A DNA stretch of 64,000 bases from Octopus sinensis (lineage: Eukaryota): assembly GCF_006345805.1 (NCBI RefSeq), contig NC_043013.1, positions 26,722,001-26,786,000 of the forward strand. Reading direction: 5' to 3'. The notes under the pieces are model-generated. The model worked only from the letters and a program-made list of their open reading frames with translations. It did no database searches and was not told the origin of the DNA. Of this stretch, positions 1 through 12,278 are shown piece by piece (position 1 is the stretch's first letter; the number at the start of each line of letters is the position of its first letter). The translations under genes were made by a program, and so were the position numbers.

Positions 1-125
1 TATATATATATAATATATATTATATATATATATATGTTTTTTTAGAAAACCATAAAACGGAGAAGACACTTTAAGTCAGAGCAATCTATATTTATTTATA
101 CTAGTGAAGACCATCTTTATAGGTC

Positions 126-161
<36 letters not shown>

Positions 162-409
162 AAAATAAGACAAGATAGAAATGCTTAAATAATTTTATCA
201 TGAAGAACATTTTAGTACTGGTTTTAGTCTTTGCAACTTAGAGTAAAACATGAAAACATTAAATTGTGGAAAAATGAAATGAAATGTTTTCTTAAAATAT
301 TTCCATAGTTTTCAAATGCAAGAGACATTTTCCTTTTTCTGTCTGTTTCTGTCTCTTTTATTTCCTCATATTATATTATATATATATATATATATAATAT
401 ATATATATT

Positions 410-590
410 TTATTATATAGAAGGAGCTTCTACAGGACTAGAACTGTTTCATTCAAGAGAAATCTTCAGGAAGCTAGTGAACAAGAATTGTATTGGCATT
501 ATACATTTAGGCAGGTTAAAGGGGTGTTGGTGGGGGACTTTTGGGGGTAGGCATAGCGCAAAAAATCATACTTGGGGAGTGGTCATGTAT
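410..590 (-). mobile_element. PLE-type terminal repeat, left arm of a 2.3-kb fold-back
   Basis: Reverse complement of 2549-2725 over ~180 bp, differing mainly by 1-nt homopolymer indels; contains an HHR. Confidence 0.7.
425..475 (-). ncRNA. Type I hammerhead ribozyme
   Basis: Minus strand AGCUUC-CUGAAGA-U UUC ucuu GAA U-GAAA-CAG uucuaguc CUG-UA-GAAGCU: 6-bp stem I, intact core, short stem II opened by U.U, true stem III, GUA cleavage triplet. Confidence 0.72.
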
Positions 591-1249
591 ATATATGTAT
601 ATATATGTATATATATGTATATATATATGTATATATATGTATATATATATATATGTGTATGTGAGTGTGTGTGTATACATGTGTGATGTGTATGTATGTA
701 TGTATATGTATGCGTGTGCATGGGTATATGTATATGTACATATGCGCGTACGCTCGTGTGTTTATGTATGTGTAGGTACGTAGAGTTATCTATGTGTGTA
801 GTTATATGTACATGTGTAAGTATGTGTATATATATGTAGGTATGTGTATGTATATGTATGTGTATGTATGTGTGTGTGTGTATATATCATATATATATAT
901 ATCTATATAATATGTATGTAGGTGTGTATGTGTATATGTAGGTGTATGTGTGTATGTATATATTTATATGTATGTGTGTGTATGTATGTATGTGTATATA
1001 TATATATATCTTATATATATATCTATATATATATAATATATGTATAATATAATTTATATATATATAATCTATGTGTGTAAGTTTTATTATATGTATGTAT
1101 CCGTCTATATAATAGGTAACTGCACGTACATATACTTAATATTTATTTTTTGAGTATGCTGTATGAATAACTGCGCGTATATATATTTACTATTTACTTA
1201 TTTTTGAGTATGCATGTTAGTATGATATATATGTATATATATTGTAATA

Positions 1250-1300
<51 letters not shown>

Positions 1301-1427
1301 ATGTATATGTGTACATGTAGTATTTGTATGTAGGTGTACATGTATGTATGTGTGTGTATTTATTTTTATGGGTGTATATGTATAGACTAGCCTTCTAAGA
1401 GTGTAGACATGAATCTGTGGAGACGCG

Positions 1428-1471
<44 letters not shown>

Positions 1472-2330
1472 TATATATAATGTACATGTATTCTTTGTAT
1501 GTAGGTGTACATGTATGTGTGTGTATTTATATTTATTGCTGTATATGTATAGACTAGCCTTCTAAGAGTGTAGACATGAATCTGTAGGTACGCGTACGTA
1601 TGTGTATATACGTGAATGTATGTAGATGTATGTATGTATGAATATAACGCGTGCGTGCGTGTATGCGTATGAGTGTACGAATGAGTGAGTGTACGTGCTA
1701 AAGAGTGTGCGTGAGTGAATGAGTAATTGTTTTCCAGTAGACGGATAAATGGTCTGGCTGTCATAGCCAAGATGTTTGTGACCAAGCCGCCAAAGATAAC
1801 AAAAGTAATAACGAAGATAATAAAATTAAAATTAGGGAATGGGTCTGTATTTGTATATGTATATATATATGTGTGTGTGTAGGTATGCATGGGTACACAT
1901 ATGTATATATATGTGTATATATTAATGTGTATGTATATATATGTGTATATGTATGTGTATGTATGTATATATATGTGTATGTATGTGTATGTGTGGGTGT
2001 GTATATATATGTGTGTATGTGTATATATGTGTATATAGGGACTAGTGTGCTGTGTGTGCATGTGTGTGTATGGATTTGTGTGTGTATGCGTGTATGTAGA
2101 GTGTGTGTGTATGTGTATATATATATTTTTTCTGTGTGTATATGTATGTGTGGTCGTGTGTGTATATATACATGTGTGTATACGTGTATGCAAGTGAGTG
2201 TGTGGTGTATACATATATATGTGTATGTGTAGATATGTATATGTATGTGTGATTGTATATATGGTGTGTATGTGTAGAGGTATAAGTGAGAATCTCCTTA
2301 TTTACCTAAAACTCTATTCCCCCCCTTTAT
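590..2330. repeat. (TA)n/(TG)n/(TATG)n microsatellite mosaic with short internal duplications
   Basis: Direct inspection; ~45-bp duplications at 1117-1158/1168-1214 and 1384-1430/1549-1590. Confidence 0.95.
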
Positions 2331-2548
2331 ACATATATATATAATATATATATATAATATATATATTTTTATTTTTTATTTTTTTATTTTTTTATATATT
2401 TTTTTTATATTTTTTATTTTCTATTTTCTATTTCCTATTTTTTATTTTTTATTTTTTATTTTTTATATTTTATATTTTTTATTTTTTATTTTTTATTTTT
2501 TATTTTTTATTTTTTATTTATTCTCCTATCTAATTTAACACTGACTCC

Positions 2549-2725
2549 TTGACCACCCCCCAAGTATGATTTTTGCGCCTATGCCTACCCCCAAAAGTCC
2601 CCCACCAACACCCCTTTAAACCTGCCTAAATGTATAAATGCCAATACAATTCTTGTTCACTAGCTTCTGAAGATTTCTCTTGAATGAAACAGTTCTAGTC
2701 CTGTAGAAGCTCCTTCTATATAATA
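2549..2725 (+). mobile_element. PLE-type terminal repeat, right arm of fold-back
   Basis: Reverse complement of 410-590. Confidence 0.7.
2662..2711 (+). ncRNA. Type I hammerhead ribozyme (second copy; one C missing at the stem I/core junction)
   Basis: agctt-ctgaaga-tttctcttgaat-gaaa-cagttctagtcctg-ta-gaagct; same as 425-475 except CC->C. Confidence 0.6.
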
Positions 2726-2793
2726 AATTAATTTACTCTGCTATGTATTGAGTACCTTATTTACTGTGGTTAACCCCGAATCAACCCGGGACC

Positions 2794-2880
<87 letters not shown>

Positions 2881-2881
<1 letters not shown>

Positions 2882-3999
2882 TAGGTAAACAGTAAAAAAT
2901 GATTACAGACATGGACAAGAACATGAAACACCACAGAGACGACACAAGAACCACAGGACGGGACATTCGAAGCCCTCAGTCATCAGTCAAGAACCAGATC
3001 ATCTTAGCAATTTCGGCTGATTAATCTTGAGATTGCTCCGATATGGCCAGCCCGCCAAGGGAAATCTAAGCCAAGCGCATTAGATCCCCTGGAAGAAAGC
3101 TTCGAATGTATACAACGAAAGGACGGAAAACGATCGAAGTACACAAACAAAAATACAGAATACGTGACACCAATAAGAATACAAAAACGTAAAAACAATA
3201 ACGGTAAAAATAAAAATTAAACAACAAACAAACACAGGACGTAGGACAAGGGTCTTTCGACAGGACGATTTGAGTATGGGGCTGGCTTGTGAAGTTGTGC
3301 CTAAAGGCCACGGGGAGACGAACAATACGTGTTGCTTCTGCGGCTGCTGAAAACGAAAAGAGCGCTCACAGAGGCTAGCTGTCACGTGAGAACAAAAGAC
3401 AGGAGAAAGGGACAGATGAAAAGAGAGAGAAGGTGGACGAGGGAGGAGAAGAAAGAGACAGATCGAGGGGGCTGGAGGTGAGAGAGATAGAGAAACGTAG
3501 AAGGGGGGGGGAGACGGATGGAGAGGGAAAGAAAGAAGTGGAATAAGGGAGGAGAGAGAGAGAGAAAAAGAGACAGATTAAGAGTCGTATCAATGCTAGA
3601 GAAAAAATATACTTATCGTATAAGGACAATTGTGGATACGTAGCCACCGATTATATAGGTAAACAGTAAAAAAGATTACAGACATGGACAAGAACATGAA
3701 ACACCACAGAGACGACACAAGAACCACAGGACGGGACATTCGAAGCCCTCAGTCATCAGTCAAGAACCAGATCATCTTAGCAATTTCGGCTGATTAATCT
3801 TGAGATTGCTCCGATATGGCCAGCCCGCCAAGGGAAATCTAAGCCAAGCGCATTAGATCCCCTGGAAGAAAGCTTCGAATGTATACAACGAAAGGACGGA
3901 AAACGATCGAAGTACACAAACAAAAATACAGAATACGTGACACCAATAAGAATACAAAAACGTAAAAACAATAACGGTAAAAATAAAAATTAAACAACA
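2881..3999. mobile_element. Interspersed repeat as one full ~770-bp unit plus a partial tandem copy (pLTR-like arrangement)
   Basis: 2881-3226 is near-identical to 3655-3999; related copies at 19181-19473, 25070-25420 and 28860-29120. Confidence 0.6.
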
Positions 4000-5129
4000 T
4001 ATATATATATATATATATATACATATATGTATATATATATATATATATATGATGATGATGATATATATATATATATATACATACATATATATGTATATAC
4101 ACGTATATATATACATACATATTCATATATACATATATATGTATATACACGTATATATATACATACATATTCATATATACATGTATATATATACACACAG
4201 TCACATGCACACATACATTATTTAGTGAGTAAATCTTTTTTTACAAAACACACTAGTGACAAAGTTATTTACTTGATCTTTCCAAAGTCAGAGTTATCGA
4301 TCAATGACTGATCAACCATGCAGAGGCATGAAATGGGGATTGAGGGAACTCACACCTTTTCTAAGGATCTTAGGAGAGTTAGAAATATGAAGGTTATATT
4401 CAACCCATTTGGGATTTGAACAGAGATGAGTCTCTCTTTCTCCCTCTCTCTCTCTCTCTCTCTCCTTCTCTCTCTCTTTCTCTCTCTCTTTCTCCTTCTC
4501 TCTCTCCCCCTCTCTTTCTCTTTCTCTCGCTCTCTCTCTTTTTATCTATAAATGTTTTGCTATACACACACACACACACATAAACATCTTCCTAGCTCTC
4601 CTGTGTGACCCCTCTGTCCAGCATTCACTGTCCAGTAGGAAGGGGCAGTAGATGTGGAGGTATATATGTATATTTGTACATGTATGTGCTCATATATTTG
4701 CATATATGCATCCATACTTGTACGAGTGTGTATGTGTGCTTAGATGTACACTCACATATCTGCGTGCACACATGCACATACACAGAGGCACACATACACA
4801 CACACACATGCACACCATACACGCACACGCATGCACACACAAGTGTGTATGTGTACATATATGCGCAAGGCATGCATGCATGCATGCATATGTACACCTG
4901 CATACACACATCTGTGCATGCATATGGTGAGCAGATGCACATGCACACTCATGCAATGAATGCATCTGCACATATTCTCGTGTAATCATGCATAAGGGGT
5001 GATGTACAAGGGGTGAGAGCATACAGATAGATAAGCATGGAGAAGTGTTGGGGATTGGTGGTTTGTGGTGCTCTTCGTGGGGTTAATTTGTGATGGTGAC
5101 CTTGGTGCAGGCAGTGCTATGGGTGGCTG

Positions 5130-6143
5130 ATACTAAGGAGGTATATGTGGGTTGTTGGCAGCCAGTAGCTTGAAATTTACCAGCAAGATGTACCTCTTCT
5201 GATAGCAATACAGTACTTTGTATTTCTTGCTGATGGATACTGCAAGTTGGTAGATGATATACTGTTTTTTGCAGAGGTGTAGCTGGCAATTTGGGGCACC
5301 GAGTAAATATGGTTGCACCCTGTCAATAATAGTCTACTTGATGCTGGATGTTTCATCTTGGAGGTCATAAATTCTCCAGAGAAAGTGTGACAGGAAAGTG
5401 GAGTCCTCTCTGTCCCTCGATCTAAATGAATGCAAGTGCTGGGAATATCTTCCCTTGAAGTCATTGGCAGTCATGCCCGTATAGTGCTTAGTAATGCCAT
5501 CAGATGGTGTAAGGGTGTCTCTGTGTACTACAACCCTTGAGAGGCAGGAGTCCCCTAGAGGGCAGGTGGTAGGATTTCAGAAAATTGCAGGATGGGGTTA
5601 GGAGTTGTAAGGGTGCATTTTTACGTCTGTTGGTATGTGCGATGTTAGAGGTGATGTTGTCTAAGCAGGAGTTGAAGAGCATGTAATACTTATGACCTCT
5701 GGGGAAATGCTTTTCTATTAACAATAGGAAGACCTTGGTACTGTTGATAGAAACTTCTAGGTTAAATTGGGGGGTTATACCAGATTATTTTCTTTTTCCT
5801 AATTCTCTTGGGGTGAAGAAAGTGGGTTTGGGGTTCGTCCACATAAGTGAGCTTCTCAGAAAATCTGCTCCTAGCCAAAGCATTGTTGTAGTGGGGTGGG
5901 GCCTATTAAAGATCTCCATGTTGGCTGAGAGTTTAGACACCTATTTGTCTAACCAGGTTTCTAATTACAGTGGGGGTGGGGATTGAGCTCTTGTGGACAT
6001 ATATCATTTCTTCATTAGGATTCCTGTAGAGGTAGTATTTGCCTATGTTCAGGTTTAAGGTTACATCCAAGAAATCAACTGTAGTCAGGTTGGTAGTAAC
6101 CATTATGGATAGGCCAAACTCTTTGAATATTTTTATCAAGTCC
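5130..6143 (-). pseudogene. Penelope-like element fragment (RT C-terminus, linker, GIY-YIG), frameshifted
   Basis: Peptides IKIFKEFGLSI..VDFLDVTLNL..GKYY.YR.PN; LIEKHFPRGHKYY.LFN..SCLDNI; CQLHLCKKQYII match PLE RT and EN motifs. Confidence 0.8.
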
Positions 6144-6196
6144 TATATATATATCATCATCATCATCATATATATATATATATACATATATGCAAA

Positions 6197-6525
6197 GGTG
6201 CATGGCTCAGTGGTTAGAGCATCGAGCTTACGATCATGAGCTTGTAAGTTTGATTCCTGGACTGGGCTGCACACTGTGTTCTTGAGCAAGACACTTTATT
6301 TCACATTGCTCCAGTTCACTCAGCTGTAGAAATGAGTTGCGACGTCACTGGTGCCAAGCTCTCTCGGCCTTTGCCTTTCCCTTGGATAACACTGGTAGCG
6401 TGGAGAGGGTAGGCTGGTATGCATGGGTGACTGCTGGTCTTCCATAAACAACCTTGCCCGGACTTGAGCCTAGGAGGGTAACTTTCTAGGTGCAATCCCA
6501 CAGTCATTCATGACCGAAGGGGTCT
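6197..6525 (+). mobile_element. tRNA-derived SINE (family E), near full length
   Basis: A box TGGCTCAGTGG at 6203, B-box-like GTTTGATTCC at 6248; second copy at 24501-24790. Confidence 0.85.
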
Positions 6526-6538
6526 CAGCATATATATG

Positions 6539-6582
<44 letters not shown>

Positions 6583-6775
6583 CGGAGAGAGAGAGAGAGC
6601 AAAAAAAATGGAGGGGATGCAAAAATGACATACATCAGCCTGTAGACATTCTATTATGTCTATTTATTCCAAAACAAAAGGGAGTAATATAAGAATACAT
6701 ACACAAGCAAAGATTGTGTGCTACACAAATATATACTAGTAATATACAAAAGAGTAAAAGATTAAAATATCAGTT

Positions 6776-6838
6776 CCTTACAGCCGTTTCTGCCAAGAGG
6801 TCACAATATCCTCCATGCTACCTCCATCTCTTCAGTGT
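6776..6838 (-). ncRNA. Degenerate hammerhead-like motif
   Basis: Minus: CUGAAGA..gaggu..accuc..GAAA-CGGCUG-UA; near-palindromic stem III; stem I and the base of stem II are disrupted. Confidence 0.4.
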
Positions 6839-7449
6839 TCTGTAGGGATGGGTAGATACAATTTGGATGTTGAGTGTGCCTCTTTTTTGCCGTATAAATT
6901 AAGGGTAAACCACTTTTTACCCCTGCCCATATATGACACTCGATTGCAAAATTGCCACTCAATAACCAGCACTTGGGCATTAATAATTGGGTACACTATC
7001 AGCAGCATATTGGATAGGTACTATCCCTTAGTTGGTTGACTTCCCAACCTCTAACTCTCACGGAAATATATATATATATATAATATGTATGATGTGTGCA
7101 TGCATGTGTATGCATGTATGTGTGTTTGTGTGCATGTGTGTGCATGTGTATGTGTGTGTGTGTGTGTGCATATTAAAACATTTAGATCAATACATTAGAA
7201 TTTTTTGCATACCTTCACACTGACATCTACTTATATAATTATAATAATGATGATTTTTTTTTTCATTGGTAAAAAAACAACACATTTGAAGAAAGTTCAT
7301 AGATAATTATAATCATTCCCAGAATTTGAGTTGTACTGTAGTGGCCTGAAGGTTAAAGTTGACAGGATTTCACCATAGAACATAGAAGTGCATTAAATAT
7401 TAACAGTTATTTTATCTGATGATTTTGCTTTTCATTACCCATGCTTTGC

Positions 7450-7830
7450 AGAATTTTATCTGTCCTGAATTTTGAGTTCGAATTTCATTGAGGTCAACTT
7501 TGCCTTCCATCTTTTTGAGAGAGAGGTGTTGATAAAATAAGTACAAGTTGAACATTGCAGTTGGTGCAATTGACTAGCCCTGTCTCCCTAACTTGCTGGC
7601 CTTGTGTCAAAATTTGAAACCATTGGCAGAATTGTTAGCATATTGGGTAAAATGCCTAGCAGCATTTAATCTGTCCTTATGTTCAGAGTTCAAATTCCAC
7701 CAAGGTCAGCTTTACCTTTTCTCCTTTCAGAGTTGATAAATTGAGGACCAGTTGAGTACTGGGGTCAATGTAATCAACCAGTCCCCACTACAAAAAAAAT
7801 TTTAGGCCTTGTGCCTTTAGGAGAAAGGAT
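7450..7830 (+). mobile_element. SINE family B fragments (tandem, decayed)
   Basis: gagttcaaatt..gaggtcaactttgcctttcatc motif shared with many copies in the window. Confidence 0.6.
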
Positions 7831-8701
7831 TATTACTATTATTATTATTATTATTATTACTAGCAGAACCTGTGTATATTTCACAGAATTAATGGTAAAC
7901 TTATTGGATTATTTCTGAAAGACTTTATCCAAAAAAGCTGAAACCTTGGCCTGTGTTTTGTCTGTATCAAAATATGGTCACTCATTTGCTAATCATTGAA
8001 AAGTGAAGGAAATTGGAATACAGGGATTACTTAATGCACTTTATATATACACTTTATATATACACTTTATATATTTTATGCACAATTTTATAGACTTAAT
8101 ACACAGCACTGCCCCTCTTTCTCTCTCACTATTCACCTTAGCCTCTTTTTATCTCTCCTTTTTCTTTCACCCTTCACCTTTCCCTTTGACTAATTATGTC
8201 AAAACGTTACAGACGGGCTAAGTAATGAAGGAGAAGAGTTCAAAAAAGAAATTACACATTTCACACACCACCACCACCTCTCCCATTTCATATCTCCCCT
8301 CCCATCCCCTGTGCTCCCTCCCTCACTCCCCCCCTCAACTAATCACGTGGAAGCATTATGGATTGGCTAAGCAATGGAGAAACAAGCAGAATTATTATAA
8401 GATAAAAAAATTAAAAGGAAATATAAAAGGAGAAAGGGGCCCTCTACCCCACTTTTGACCAGGCTCCCATGGCTTTCATGGGTTTTTCCACGAGTAACCT
8501 TTCGAAGCGCCTCCCACTATTGATAGTTTTAATTGTTACTTATATTTCGTTGTTATCCTGCTTTTGTACACGGACTTTTTTCAAACGGACAAAACCCTTT
8601 GTAACTTTCGTCCTGTGTTTTGTCCCTTTATGTTTTAATTGATTTTTGTTAGCCCTTGTGGCCAATAAACGAACAAATTATTATTATTATTATTATTATT
8701 A

Positions 8702-8759
<58 letters not shown>

Positions 8760-8762
8760 CAA

Positions 8763-8802
<40 letters not shown>

Positions 8803-8803
<1 letters not shown>

Positions 8804-8935
8804 TCTTGTTTAACACAGCTACTTTGCTGGAGAACATAATGAGAGTGTCAGCTGTCCACAACCAGTGGATTAAGGTGACACTTTCCAGTCAGATTTTGAG
8901 CACTCTGCAAAAGATTTCATTCATTTCTGAGCAAC
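8803..8935 (-). mobile_element. 3' end of RLE-type non-LTR retrotransposon
   Basis: Similar to 9786-9910 and 46120-46250; abuts (ATT)n/(AGT)n array. Confidence 0.5.
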
Positions 8936-9174
8936 ACTGTTTTTTTTTTTTTGGAGGTGTTTTATTTCCCATTTACCTGTGTCTCTTTTAATCCAGTTTG
9001 TGAGATTGGTACTTAGAGTAGCCAAGGCTCTCCAACAACAACAGCAACAACAACATAGTTAATTTATTCCTCACTTCAAAAATCATCATATCAGATCTTT
9101 TCTTTTTCTGATAACTGAATGTCTGTGTAAATAAATGTGTATGTTAAAGGTGATATACATATGTTCCTTTATTC

Positions 9175-9410
9175 CTTCAATCTTTTATTCTATTATTTGC
9201 TTCAGCCATTAGACTATGGCTATGCTGGGGCACCATGTTGAAGGATCATAGTCGAATGAATCGACAACAGTACTTTCTTTATTTCTTAAGCCTGGTATTT
9301 AATCTATAGTTCTATTGGTTTCTTTTTTGCCAAACCATTTAGTCACAGGGAATACACACACCATCAACAGCTGTCAAGCAGTGGTGGGGACAAACACACA
9401 CACACACATA
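9175..9410 (+). mobile_element. SINE family C
   Basis: tttcagtcatt-gactg-ggccatgctgg-gcacc family motif; other copies at 14247, 16160, 22760, 33085, 38040, 44790. Confidence 0.7.
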
Positions 9411-9412
9411 TT

Positions 9413-9567
9413 TGAAAGGCTTCTTTTCAGTTTCCATCAACCAAATTCATTCACAAGGCTTTTGTCTGCCTGAGGCAATAGTAGAAGACACTTGCCCAAG
9501 GTGCAATGCAATGGGACTGAACCCAGAATCCTGTGTTTAGGAAGCAAGCTTCTTACTACATAGCCAT
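9413..9567 (-). mobile_element. SINE family A
   Basis: Reverse of ggctgtgtggtaag..ccttgggcaagtgtcttctactatagcc..gaaactgaaagaagcc. Confidence 0.7.
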
Positions 9568-9589
9568 ATCATTGTAATATTGAGGCAGC

Positions 9590-9770
9590 ACACTGGATGA
9601 ACTGCTTAGCGCTATTTCACTTGTTCTGAGTTCAAATTCTGCTAAGGTCAACTTTGCCTTTCTTTCTTCCGGGGTCAATAAATTAAGTACCAGTGAAACA
9701 CTGGGGTCAATGTGATCGATTAATCTTTCCCCCAAATTTCAGGTCTTGTGCCTATGGTAAAAAGTATTAT
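9590..9770 (+). mobile_element. SINE family B
   Basis: ttctgagttcaaattc..gtcaactttgcc..agtaccag..ctggggtcaatg. Confidence 0.7.
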
Positions 9771-9785
9771 TATTATTATTATTGC

Positions 9786-10258
9786 TGCCTTTGCACAGCT
9801 TCTAACGCTGAAGATGTACTACGGTGTCAGCTGTTCACTACCAGTGAACTAAGGTAACGCCTCTTTTTTTGCGAGCACCTTCCGGAGTATTCAGGCAGTT
9901 CCAAGCAGTGGTGTTTTCTGCAAGTGTGCCACCCTTATTGCAGCCCCTATTTGTTCCACATACTTCTCGAGATTTTTGCTCACTGTTCCCAGGGCTCCGA
10001 CAATTATTGGTACTACTGCTACCTTTTTCATTGACCACAACTGTTTAACTTCCCAAGCTAATCTGTCATATCTCTTGACTATCATTATTATTATAGATGT
10101 CACACAGTATACAATATTGTGAGGTTGCTGACTGAAGATATTGTTTCTAGCTGGTGCGGAAGTTGTACTGTTTGTCAAGTCACAACAAGGACCTCAGACA
10201 GACAGCACTTTATGCAATATATGTGCAATTCCAAGTAATGCCGACTTTTGCAAGATGT
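9786..10258 (-). pseudogene. RLE-type (R4/Dong/HERO/NeSL-like) non-LTR retrotransposon C-terminal endonuclease fragments, two pieces
   Basis: RYDRLAWEVKQLW..VVPIIVGALGTVSKNL...LQKTPLLGTARILRKK and ILQKSALLGIAHILHKVLS: typical restriction-like endonuclease C-terminus. Confidence 0.75.
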
Positions 10259-10327
10259 TTTATCATCATCATCGCCGTTGTCATCATCATCATCATCGTT
10301 GTTGTCGTTGTTATTATTATTCAGTAG

Positions 10328-10377
<50 letters not shown>

Positions 10378-10384
10378 ATCATCA

Positions 10385-10555
10385 TTATTATTACTGTTTG
10401 GAGCATTTCGTCTGCCTTTATGTTCTGAGTTCAAATTTTGCTGAGGTTGAATTTGCCTTTCATCCTTTCGGGGTTGATACAAAAAGTACCAGCTGAACAC
10501 TGGAGACGATGTAATTGACCCAAAATTGCTGACCTTGTGCCAAAATTTGAAACCA
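10385..10555 (+). mobile_element. SINE family B
   Basis: Same motif set as 9590-9770. Confidence 0.7.
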
Positions 10556-10845
10556 CCACCACCACCACCATCATCATCACTGTTTTTTTTTATTAATCAG
10601 CTATTGTTCTTCTGCTACTCTACCAATTCTCAGAATTGGTAGAGCTGCAGATGAAATATCTTGCAATTACAGTTCTTTAGAATTTGAGTTCAAATACTGC
10701 TGAGATTGTCTTTATTTTTCATTTTTCAAAAGTCGATAAAATAAAGTACTGGTGAAAACTGTGGCTAACATATTTAACTGTTCCCTCCACCAAAAAAATT
10801 CTGGTTTTGTCCCTATTTCAGAAATTATTCTCGTTATTATTATAG

Positions 10846-10975
10846 GTGCTGGCATGGCTGTGTGGTTAAGAAGCTTCCTTCCCAACCACATGGTTTTGAG
10901 TTCAATCCCAGTATGGAGCTGGACTGACCACCAATACCTTGTGAGTGGATTTAAAAGATTGAAACTGAAAGAACA
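10846..10975 (+). mobile_element. SINE family A
   Basis: ggcatggctgtgtggttaagaagc head; gtgagtggattt..gaaactgaaagaa tail. Confidence 0.7.
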
Positions 10976-11089
10976 GTGTGTGTGTATGTTTGTATGTGTG
11001 TATAAGCATGTGTGTGTATATGCATGTGTGTGTGTGTGTGTGTGTGTGTATTTGTTTGTGTTTCATTATCTTGACATCACATGTTCATT

Positions 11090-11275
11090 GTAAACGAATG
11101 TCATTCTTTTCTAATATTCTGTGAAAACGTGTTCAGCCCTGAGGAAATATTACCTTGCTTGGAAACAGGTGCGGGTTAGCGACAGGAAATGCATCCAGCA
11201 GTAAAAACACACTGCCTCAGTTAACGCCGTCTGACTCATCATGCAAGCATAGAAAAGTGAACATTGAACATTGAA
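11090..11275 (+). repeat. Interspersed repeat shared with 54095-54300
   Basis: Common motifs ctgaggaaatatta-c-tt-ttggaaaca and catgcaagcat..aaaag. Confidence 0.5.
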
Positions 11276-11380
11276 TATTATTATGTTCACAAAATTGATT
11301 TGGAAACAAAAACATTAACAACACTGATAACAACAATACCGATTCCTGTTTTAACAATAGCAGTAAAGAATAAGGTCAAG

Positions 11381-11415
<35 letters not shown>

Positions 11416-11859
11416 CACACACACGCGCACACACACATACACACACATACACGCATACATACATAGGCACATAGAGATACACATACACATATACATACAA
11501 CTATTTATGCTCTTGTTCACACATAAAAAGATATTTACAGAAATTTAGCCAGTCGGTCGATATGCACTGAAATAAATTTATTTTATCATTATATTTATTT
11601 TCACAAAATTCATTTTAAGAAGAGAAAAAGAAAAGAAACATCGTCGATAACAACAACATCATTTATAACAAAAGGAGAATAATATCAAGGATACTCAAAT
11701 ACACACACACACACACACACATTAACAAAATACAAACATAGACATACACACATACAAATATAAGCATACAAGTAGAGACGCTGTTGCCCTTAAGTATCAA
11801 AATATCACATTCATGCATATATGTATGTGTGTGTGCATATATATGTATATGCATATATT

Positions 11860-11908
<49 letters not shown>

Positions 11909-12034
11909 TTATACATATATATGTACCTATGTTGTATATATGGACACACATACACACAAACTATATAGAGAGAAGAGATGTATGCTATATCATAAATGTA
12001 TATGTATACTTATATACATACATACATATATATG

Positions 12035-12077
<43 letters not shown>

Positions 12078-12207
12078 GCATATGTACAGATGTACATACA
12101 CGCACACATACACACACACACACATATATATGCACGTGTTTATAGACAGAGAGATACAAATACGCATATGTAAATGTGTGTGTGTGTGTGTGTGTGTGCG
12201 TGTGTGT

Positions 12208-12278
<71 letters not shown>

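Noticed and set aside
6197-6270. tRNA-like A/B boxes (also 24501, 60115)
   Set aside because: No acceptor stem or cloverleaf; they continue into SINE bodies.
8180-8215. gac-taattat-gtc-AAAA-CG-TT half-hammerhead
   Set aside because: No CUGANGA upstream; used only as supporting evidence for CpG decay.
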